NCBI GenBank assembly: GCA_950097015.1 | Contig: CATNEN010000008.1 | Location: 2,728,001 to 2,792,000, forward strand | Origin: Macrostomum hystrix | Lineage: Eukaryota; Animalia; Platyhelminthes | DNA length: 64,000 nt | Reading direction: 5' to 3' | Shown here: piece by piece, positions 11,801 to 20,837 of the stretch | Layout: every line of letters begins with the position of its first letter | Position numbering within the stretch: the first letter of the stretch is position 1 | Program-made: the position numbers and the translations under genes | Notes under the pieces: model-generated | What the model was told of the DNA's origin: nothing | Databases searched by the model: none | The model's input: the letters and a program-made list of their open reading frames with translations, nothing else

Positions 11801-13180
11801 TGGCAAAGCTTCTTACGCACAGCACTGACAGCATATTTGGCGCTGAAATAATTGACAAATAATGTTATAATTAAATAAGTAGCTAGATTAGGCATTGTAT
11901 TTTATGACTTATAAATTAACAGACTAGAATTGTAAATTTTAATTAAATTACCTTCACATCCTGTTGACGAATCAGGTCACACAGATTCAGAATAGCTGCC
12001 CAATCAGTGTCTAAGTTGAGATGACTAGTTGCTTTGTCTAAAACAAGTGGCAGGAGTAAGTTTTAGCATGAAACAAATATTTATGAATTGTGTGTTTATA
12101 TGCCATGATATTGTGGAAAAAACTGTCTTGACTATTGTATCTTACATGATACCTCTCATTTTCCCATAGCTCTGATTTCAAAATAAACTAGTTTGATAAC
12201 AAATCCAGGATCCCCTAGGTTGTCAACCACTGTCCAGAGTTGCAATGTACAGAATACAAGCTTTTTTATCACACCAGATAAGTTTGTACAATACTTTCCT
12301 AGAACATTCTCTAGCTATGCATGTCTATAGTAAGCTTCAATTGCAACATATTCCTCCCCCAATAAGCATTTTCATCTTATTTTTATTCCTGCAGCAGATT
12401 TTCCTTTATTTATATTCTTGTCTATTTTCCTGCTATGATATTTTTCAGTTAGGGCCTAACAGTTGCACATGTTGGTCTTTTCTGATCACAAGACTCAACC
12501 ACTGGTCAAATTTTGAAAAAAACCAATAAACTAAACCTTAAATTCAAAGCTAGAATGAATGTATTTATCTTATAAATGAATAAATACGAATAAGTATATA
12601 GAAAAAGATTGTTGAAAACAAAAAAGGATTAAAATTCTTTTATCTGTCTAGTTGTCTATGAATATGTTCTAATAAGAACCAATATATGCATATATACTTA
12701 GCTTTATTTTAAATGTAAATTAAATTGAATTGAATTGAATTAAATTAAATTAAATTAATCTAATTATTGTAATATATATAACCTGCCTTATGGGACCCCC
12801 AATTCCCCCATGTTCCACTTAGTATGGTCATCCTGTGATGGGGTAGCCATTCTATATAATAAATTGGTTGTTAGATATGAACCAAATGGTTAGTATTTTA
12901 TTTCAGCAACTAAAAACTCATATAGCCACATATTTATATAAACATAATAAAACTAGAACTTTTTTAGAGGATTAAAGTTCAAGAATCAAGAATTAGGATC
13001 AAGAATACAGCACTGTAGGCCTACTCTAAAGAATAAGTTGCAGCTTTAATCATAAGTAGGCCTACACAAAGACTTAATATGACTGTAGCATTTTAAAACA
13101 TAGCGATAGATAAATAAATTTTAAAACTTACTTAACAAACTGTCGAACTGGGAATTAGACTTGCTACCGAAAAGACTCAT
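5825..13180 (-). CDS. HGS: Hrs/HGS (ESCRT-0), 5' part. Exons 13180-13132, 12037-11952, 11842-11767, 11572-11480, 11385-11268, 10705-10459, (9357-9229 optional), 9055-9001, 7378-7277, 6091-5825
   Basis: VHS (MSLFGSKSNSQFDSLLNKATSHLNLDTDWAAILNLCDLIRQ; AKYAVSAVRKK; AMVKNCG; KVLELIQIWA), FYVE (RRKHHCRSCGNIFC..IPRFGIEKEVRVC), UIM (EELELALALSASEAE) and DPELVVYLDRNYWEK; GT-AG boundaries. One junction is out of phase and the GAT/coiled-coil C-terminus was not found (see findings). Confidence 0.9.
6217..6500 (-). mobile_element. tRNA-derived CORE-like SINE, family A, copy 1
   Basis: Minus strand reads TAGCCTAGAGGTTAGG (A box)..GGTTCGATTCCC (B box), then gtgtcctttagcaagacacttaactctgcattgcttcagttcacccagctgttaaatggg, which resembles the MIR/CORE domain. 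Confidence 0.8.
6500..7215. repeat. 32-bp minisatellite (ggagataattatcaaaatctcatccaaaggac) in Hrs intron
   Basis: About 22 units with internal palindrome gataattatc. Confidence 0.95.
7680..8620. repeat. 35-37-bp minisatellite (gatttgaggatctgggatttgtgtggttggccaatca) in Hrs intron
   Basis: About 25 units; explains ORFs 7792-8303. Confidence 0.95.
9510..10300. repeat. 30-bp minisatellite (agcaacctgcacaatcaccatgggttcctt) in Hrs intron
   Basis: About 26 units in two sub-types; explains ORFs 9463-10410, 9500-10309 and 9505-10281. Confidence 0.95.
10770..11180. repeat. 21-bp minisatellite (ctggctagcttcagggaagaa) in Hrs intron
   Basis: About 19 units just upstream of the FYVE exon acceptor. Confidence 0.95.
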
Positions 13181-13680
13181 ATCTGATTCAGTTGTAAGCA
13201 ATAAAAAACTATCGATCAATCAGTTAGGAACAAAAAGGATATCACACAAACGACGTTTCGAGACAATCCGAAGAAGATTATTGAACGGATCTTAAATATA
13301 ACTATCGCAAACTCAAAAATACGCAAAAATGTAAAACTTTATTTTCTTTCACACAAGCAGTACAGTCGTACCAAAGGAAGTATTAGAGCATCTGAGCCTA
13401 GCTTTGACACAGCAAAAATCTAGTTTTTGTATTTTTCGAAATCTTGACAATGACGCATACAAACAGCTGCGCAAAGAAATCATTATTTCATTGAATCTAT
13501 TCTTAAATGCTGCTGCCAAAAAAATATTGCATTCTTGGTGTTAACTCTTCATATGAATTTTCGTCTTTTGTTTTACACAAAAAATGCAACGTGCTCGCGG
13601 ACCCTGAACACACCTTTTGATACAGCTTCGGCAAAAAGAGCCGAAGTACGTACCAACTCCGTAGTAACTCCGTTGTAAGC

Positions 13681-14007
13681 TGGGGGTCGGTGGCAGAGCG
13701 GTTAACGTGTTTGCCTCTCGCACCAATGTCCCAAGATCGATTCCGCGGCGAGGCTACATTTATTTGGGACGCAGCCGCGGAGAGAAGGTTTAGGGCTTGT
13801 CGTGCGCAATTTAAGCGCATTGAGGCCGAGGGCCAACCTCCAAGGCACAGTTAAATGTACAATGCCTGACGATGAGAAAGTCAGGGCAGATGTACTCACC
13901 TGTGTGAGCGTGGGCCTGCGTACAGTATCTGTGTGCGTGTGTGCTCAGGAGTCAATTCGAATGGGCGAATTGCCTCCTCGCTGCATGGCTGCGGGTCTAG
14001 AGTTACC
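13681..14007 (+). mobile_element. tRNA-headed SINE-like element, family B, copy 2
   Basis: Head gggggtcggtggcagagcggttaac..gatcgattccgcgg; body shared with copies at 1592 and 17410. Confidence 0.7.
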
Positions 14008-14324
14008 AAATGATGCACCATTTGCCCACAACCCTCCTGCAATTTTTATTTTTATTTATATTAACTGTCTTCCTCCGATTCTTTGGCATTTTTAACGCCA
14101 CAGAAAAATCTTCAGGAGATTTTTAAAGCAGCTAATAGCGGCCAGAAATTGTCATTTGGATACAGCTCGACTATGGCCGCGACTCGCTGCGCTGTCGGAC
14201 TTTAAATCTTCGAGCTCAGTGCGCAATTCGTAGATGATGACGGCATTTTCCATCAGCAGCAAGTGCATCATCAGACAAAGGTCTTTTCGGCCTGCTCAGT
14301 GAGTTGATATTGTTGTGATCGAAC

Positions 14325-14377
14325 CAAGGACCACTATCTAGGAGTCTACTCCTAGAGTCTACTCCTAGTGGTCCTTG
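14325..14377. mobile_element. 53-bp miniature inverted-repeat element with perfect 8-bp TSD (gatcgaac)
   Basis: caaggaccacta...tagtggtccttg flanked by gatcgaac at 14317-14324 and 14378-14385. Confidence 0.85.
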
Positions 14378-14774
14378 GATCGAACATTGGTGCAGCAGCT
14401 TGAGTTGCGGATTTCCCATCTTCAGTCTGGCATATTCTGTTAATAATCTGTCTCCCAGTGTCGTCTTCACGATTGTCATCTCTCCTTTGCCCATCCTCCC
14501 TCAGTATAATCTCAACTTTGCACCAACGTTTAGTTTCCACTTACGTGCACCACGAAGTTTTTCATGTTACTATACAAGAGTTTTGTATGCCAGGCTTTTG
14601 TTCAAGTTTCCAATCTAACTTTTCTGTTTATTAAAATTCTGTTTATACTAGAAAAAAGAATTTTATTGTTAAAAGCGAAAGCGTCATGATGTGTAGGGAG
14701 ACTCCCAATTTCGATACGAGTCGTTATATTTATGCCAACAACGTTCTGTCGCAGAGAACTGGGCAGCTGCATGG

Positions 14775-14822
14775 GCTTGCCCAGTTGGGACAGGTGTAAT
14801 CAATTATTTTTATTACTATTAT
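14775..14822 (+). mobile_element. 3' fragment of family A SINE
   Basis: ttgggacaggtgtaatcaattatt matches the 3' end of the family A copies. Confidence 0.55.
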
Positions 14823-15226
14823 TTTTTAAGCTAAGCACTATCTGGGCCGAGGGATGAGGAACGAACTGAGCCTCAATTTCATATTGAGATTGAAATTCTC
14901 CCCTCCCGGAGGGGATCAGTACGCATGAGGATTATTGATGAGTGGGGACGCAGCACACGATTCTCGTAGTACAGTGCAACACAGTTGACTAGCTGGTTGG
15001 CATGCAAACCAACCCCAGCTGTTCTGAGGGAGGGGAGGATGCATTTGGTGATGCATAATAATCACCAAGTTGCATTTATATAGGGTCACTGTTTACTGTT
15101 CGACTAATTGACTGCCACAGTTTGACTATATGGCCACGGAAGTTTGCCAAAGACTGCATGCTCGTGTAGAAGAGTATATTGCATTTTGTAGCTACTGTTG
15201 CAGACACCAAGTGTACACGCACAACG

Positions 15227-15618
15227 CAAGGACCACTGCAGTATAACAGTTATACTAATAATAATAATAATAATAATTGATTACACCTGCCCCAATTGGG
15301 TCAGATGTGCAGCCGACAGCACAGCCGCAGCTAATGCGCGGCGCATCTGAAGGCTGCGTACAGCTGTTCAGTCCACGGACTGGGGAGACGCCACACCCAC
15401 TGGGGAGACGCCACGCCACTTCAATTATCCCAGCTGATGCTGGTACCCATTTAACAGCTAGGTGAACTGAAGCAATGCAGAGTTAATTGTGTCTTGCTAA
15501 AGGACGCAAATTGTTCCAGTGGAGTCGGGAATCGAACCCCCGACCTTCAAGTCGTGAGTCCGACGCCCTAACCACTAGGCTACAACCTCTGCTACAGTTA
15601 TACTACAGTGGTCCTTTG
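15227..15618. mobile_element. Degenerate CAAGGACCACT-family MITE carrying a SINE insertion
   Basis: caaggaccactgcagtataac (15227) and gttatactacagtggtcctttg (to 15618) form inverted ends; TSD not conserved. Confidence 0.55.
15256..15588 (-). mobile_element. tRNA-derived CORE-like SINE, family A, copy 2 (full length, (ATT)n tail)
   Basis: Head GGTTGTAGCCTAGTGGTTAGGGCGTCGGACTCACGACTTGAAGGTCGGGGGTTCGATTCCCGACTCC, CORE-like domain, internal duplication of actggggagacgccac. Confidence 0.85.
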
Positions 15619-15980
15619 CATGGCACCCGAATCCCTTAGCATTGTCGCCTCTCATCATGGCACAACTCAACCCAAGTTTATCTGAACTCAACTCCTGTTG
15701 CTTTTAATTGACGTTTCGCGAAAAGGACTAAAAAAACGTACACCAATCTAATTAATCTAGAACGTCTATAGCTGTTCCTGTCAATTTATAATTCCCAAAC
15801 CCAAGCATTAGGCATTGGAAACACCACGGTGAATAATTGATGAGTTTTATCCAATCATAATCCTCTGGTACTAACTGTCAGTTTATTTAACCAACTGCGT
15901 TTTGAAATTTTCACAAAGAACTGAAACGCACTTAGCTGCTACAGTTAAACATTAAACCGATCGGAATCCTAGCGACCTTG

Positions 15981-16683
15981 ATGGCGCTTCTGGTGCTCGC
16001 CATAATGCCCGAAGTGTTCTCTGAGGTCTTCAACATGCTGATGGGATATTTGTGCGTCAAGAGCGAGTTCACCATGACAGTCCAAGGACGCCTCACCAAC
16101 ATCGGATGTGCCATTTTGTGCGACCGAGACCAGCGCTGCCAGTAGGCCTTCACCATGGCTGACGGCCCGTGTCAGCTGTTCGTGTTCGACAAGTGCAGCA
16201 AGTCGCTGAGGGACTGCAGCTGCTCCAGGAGAGGCCAGGTGTTTGTGAAGAAGCAGCCGGGACTCGAGGCTGCCAAGCTGTGTCCGACTGGCTACGGAAA
16301 CGACCTGTGCGGAGTGAAGTACAAGCTGTACTCTGGCATAGGTTACTGGTAGCCGAGCAGGCAGAAGTGCGAGTCGGAGAGCGGTCTGGTGATCATGGCC
16401 GATGTGCTCAACGCCACTGAGCTAAGCCACATTGCGGTAGCATACAGCAGCGTCTCATCTAACACTGGCTCGGAGGTTTTCAAGCTCCGGGCAGTCCTGA
16501 GCCAGCTGGAGGCTGGTACTGGGTCGGCTGCAACATCACCTTCGACGGAAGCCTTTTGGGTAGCAGTGAGCCCAACGATGAATTTCCTTCGGCGAGAATG
16601 TTATAGTTCGCTTTGCCAATAACTTCTGGCAGGAGTTATTAGTGCATCCGGTACTATGCGAGTGCGTCTCACCTTTTGACTGA
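15981..16683 (+). pseudogene. Secreted PAN/apple + C-type lectin domain pseudogene (2 in-frame TAG, 2 frameshifts)
   Basis: Signal-like MALLVLAIMPEVFS; PAN-like GCAILCDRDQRCQ*AFTMADGPCQL; CTLD-like CPTGY..KYKLY..YW*PSRQKC, then after frameshifts HWLGGFQAPGSPEPAGGWYW..SEPND and NFWQE..LCEC. Confidence 0.7.
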
Positions 16684-17409
16684 GGTGACGATGGCTGATC
16701 TTCGACGCCGAAATAGTCAATGAGCATGGCTTGCCCTGTTGCAAAGGGAAAGAAAACGTTTACGGTTATTGTTCAACTATTAACAATGAAGGATGTAAGA
16801 CGCACAAATTGGAAAGTTTGTTAAATTTTATTTTGAAGTTACCTGCACTTTAAAGTGCAACTTTGAAGTTTAATTTCAGTTTAAGTTTTCTGTTTTAAGC
16901 TTAAGATTTTTCGATATATTTTAAGATTTTTTTAAGGAAAACACTTATTTAACCATGACTGGTGCCAACATTCTTATGGAACACAGGGGCAAAAAGCCTT
17001 GCGGATGAGTTCTGTTAGACCGTGACAACGATACTCCTTGGCAACGAGGGTAACTGCTCAGTACCAACAATAGAAGATGCAATGTAATGAGCGCTCGAAA
17101 CGGCAGAAAGCCTGAGCACCAGAAAGCAGTAGGCTTTCTGCTGCAGGAAATGCTGAACAGTCGGTCTTATGCTGCGTTGCTGATTTCTTATACCAGGCGA
17201 AATAATGGCTCCGGGATGCCGATAGGCCAGGTCGCGACCAATAGGAGAACGAACTCCTTGCTGTATATAGATTTCACATCGACCAAAGCCTAACAATGCC
17301 TGCTTGCAGCGCTGAAAGGTTGACGCAACAATACTGAGGCTAACATTCCTCTTCTACTACGCGATGGAATACCGTCTATGGATGACCGCAGCAGTGTATG
17401 TAGAAAAGA

Positions 17410-17775
17410 GGGGGTCAGTGGCAGAGCGGTTCGTCATGGAGGCTCCCTGCCGCTAAGTCAAGTAAGTCAAGGCAGAGCGGTTAACGCGTTTGCCTCTCGT
17501 GCCAATGTCCCTGACCTCGATTTCGCGGCAAGGCCACATTTATTTGGGGCGCAGCCGAGGAGAGAAGGCTTGGGGGCTTGTCGTGCAATTTACGCCCTTG
17601 AGTGCTAACCTCCAATTAGGCACAGTAGCAGTTTACACTGCCTGACGATGAGAAAGTCAGGGCAGATGTACACACCTGTGTGTGTGCCTGCGTACAGTAT
17701 CTGTGTGCGTGTGTGCTCAGGAGTCAGCGAAATGGGCAGACTTGGCTCCTCAGTGGCTGCAGTTCTAAATGTCAC
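17410..17775 (+). mobile_element. tRNA-headed SINE-like element, family B, copy 3 (duplicated head)
   Basis: ggcagagcggtt occurs twice (about 17420 and 17471); body shared with the other copies. Confidence 0.7.
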
Positions 17776-19384
17776 CAAATCATGTGCATTGCCCGTGGTC
17801 CTTCTGCAATTATTAATATTATTATTATTTAAAAAGAGGAGACAGCTGCTGTCAATTCGCATAGTTTCTTCTGGGCGTCACAAGAGAGTGACTGAGCCGC
17901 GGTTGCAGATAATTATCCTCAGGCTTTCCTGAGGTGTGAAAATTTTGCTCCTTCAGGTGGTCTGAAATTTAATAGTCAATGTTTGGTCATTCAATGGAAC
18001 TCAACACGCAATTAGGGTTAGTTTTGTTTCCCTGACAGGTGTAGCTGGCAAAGCAGAGGTTAAAAACCGCATGAGATGCATTACAGCAAAAAATAAGCGT
18101 TCCTAAATTTTTTTTGATGAAACACTGATGGGTTGTTTATATCGAAATTGGATGATAGTTCTTACAATGAGAATCATTCCGGATCCAAAAATAAATTGGT
18201 TGTTAGGAGCTCCAGCTCAAGCTAGGAGCTAAGCTGAAGACAAAAGCAAAATGCTTTCTACAATCAAAACCTTGCCATTTTCTGGTTGCATAAAACCCCC
18301 AACAGAGTAAGTCAGTTTATTTTTTACTACAAGCAAAATAAGTAAATAAGTAAAATAGGGCCTAGTAAAATAGGAAGCGAGACTCCTGCTTACGCCGACA
18401 AATTGCATGTCTCCCTTATGTCGACGGGAGCAACTGTGACTTTACCACATTTTCATCACTAAAATCTTAAGGCTATGTTTAAAATACAATCCTCATTAAA
18501 AATTGTATACAAAATAGCACTGTGACAACTGATTTTCGTAAATGTGAGCGGTTTTGTTATTTTTGGTAAATAGGCCTAAATTAGGCCTAGGTCACAATTT
18601 TATACACACCCCAACATGACGACGTGAACATGTTGTGTTTCGATTTCTATTTAGAAACTTACCAGCCTGACTTTGAATGACTCTAAAAGTGTTACTTGTG
18701 AATAACAATAGGCTTTTCTAGTTATTATGAACATTTATTCAGTTCATTGTCTACTTAAACAATTAGAAATGTTTGTATTGAATTGAGAAATGAATCGCTA
18801 GGTCTACAACAATTTTACCCATCGTCATATTTGGGTTTATTTACCTTCTGATATCCTAATCTTCCTTTTAAAATTTAATTCCTAATTTTAGGTAGGCCTA
18901 TACAAATAATTGGTTATTTGACATTTAGTTCAGTCAGAAGACAGACTGACTGGCTACAAATATAGAGTACAGCTAATGCCTAATACTAATATTTTTCAAC
19001 ATACTTTACTACAAGGTATAAAGCTCCTTAGCCAGGTTAGCCATCCTTTGTTTTAGCCATATAAATATAAAATATGCTACCCACAGCTACAAAAGCAGCT
19101 GTAGTAAACTTTAATTAAAATGCTGTGCTAGGCACATTATTATAAACATCCTTTAAATTACATATGATTACTCACTATGATAAGTGATACAATAGGCCTA
19201 AATAAAAAACATTTAGACAAATTTCTTCTTAACAATATAATCAGCTTTTTTGGAAAATGTCTTTTAAGGTACAATTACATTATTTTTTGTTTGTTTGGCC
19301 CGAGCAATTTTTTTATCAATTTCTAATTTTTCTCTAGTTTTAATATTTACTTATCATCTTTCTCTCATTGTTCATATGTAGCTA

Positions 19385-20024
19385 GGGTAATGTATCATCA
19401 ACCAAACAAGAATATGCATTTTTTAACTTCAAACCAAAGCTACAGATTTTCTATTTAAGATATCATGATAAATCAAAAGCCAAGTTATAGAAAACTGTTT
19501 TGTCTTTCTAAATAGTCTCAGCTTTTGCAATTTTGTCAAATAGAAAAAAGTTATTCATGTTTTTCATCTAAAACCAAATGATGATTTTCATGTTTCTTCA
19601 AACCAAACAGAGAATTTGATGTTCGGTTTTAAAATTTGAGTGAGTGGTTCAATCTTATTTTAAGGAGTGATCTATCATGAATTATGTCATTTGAAAGCAT
19701 TTTTCATGCTCTATAGATAACTACATTTATGGTAATTTAATTGGAAAGCAACCACATACAATCTTAGTCTAAAGTACATGCTGAAAAATGTTGTTAAAAA
19801 GTATGCTTTTGTGATAAAAATTTCTACTGAAACATCCATATCTTTCTTTCCTTTTAATGCTTCATTGCATGTCATGCCTTAGCTTGTAAATAATTTCATT
19901 GACATTCAAAATAGTTGTTCTGTGAAATACAATAGCTTGTTTCTGTCTTGCACAAGACCAAGGAAGGAGTCATAATTCTTGTTTGGTTTTGAAGATACAC
20001 TGTTTGGTTGATGATACATTACCC
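19385..20024. mobile_element. 640-bp MITE with 24-bp perfect TIRs and TA target duplication
   Basis: ta|gggtaatgtatcatcaaccaaaca ... tgtttggttgatgatacattaccc|ta; internal aaaccaaa subterminal motifs. Confidence 0.75.
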
Positions 20025-20837
20025 TATTGATATTGTTCTTTACTTTTGAACCCTACTTGTCCACATAAACAAACAGGGTGGTGAAAGTCTCCTTATATCC
20101 ACAGTCTAGATCATGCTAACTTCAATCCAAAAAAATGGTGAGGCTGGAGTGCACACAAAATTTTTTTTTTGCATGTTTGAAAGTTAAAGAAAGTAAAAAA
20201 TGCATAAATTATAGGCAATGAATCAATTTATTGTAATTTTGTTGGCAACACCAATGCACAGGGAATTATTTGGCTTATACTACATAATCTTTACCATGGC
20301 TTTGTCTTCCCTATTCTGATTATTTCTCAGTATTTTAAGTAGACTCTTCTGATTTAAATTTTCCAAAATATTTTATTTCTGTAGCATCTTTAAGACTTTT
20401 GAGTTGTGAAAAAATGTGTTCTAGTAATAATGCTAGGACAAAAAAGTAAATAGTAAAATTAATTTGATCCCATATTTCATTGGCAATCTTTAAGCTAGAA
20501 AAGGTCACTGATATTGCAACAAATTTTGTCATTGTGGGTTACTTGTGTTATCATTAAAGGGGTTTACTATTTATTACAAATATTAATAGTAAAGAGGAGC
20601 ATAAGAAATAAATCTAGAGTCATTTCCAAATCTCCTTTTCTCTTTTTTGAGAGTCTGAAAAGCATTGACACCCTGAAAAAAAAGCAAAAATGAGAGTAAG
20701 CTATGAGTACATTATATATTTTTAATAGCTAAATTTAACAAACTTGATTAATGGATTAATAGCTAAATTCATTTCATAGTTATTACTTACATCTCACTTT
20801 ATTCATCGCAGCTAGGTTAATTAACCTTGAGAATATA

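Noticed and set aside
15515-15588. tRNA gene
   Set aside because: The tRNA-like sequence continues into a CORE-like body and (ATT)n tail and has several diverged copies; it is a SINE head.
16950-18350. Possible decayed transposase or ORFs around SINE B copy 3
   Set aside because: Multiple stops in all frames and no recognisable motif by eye.
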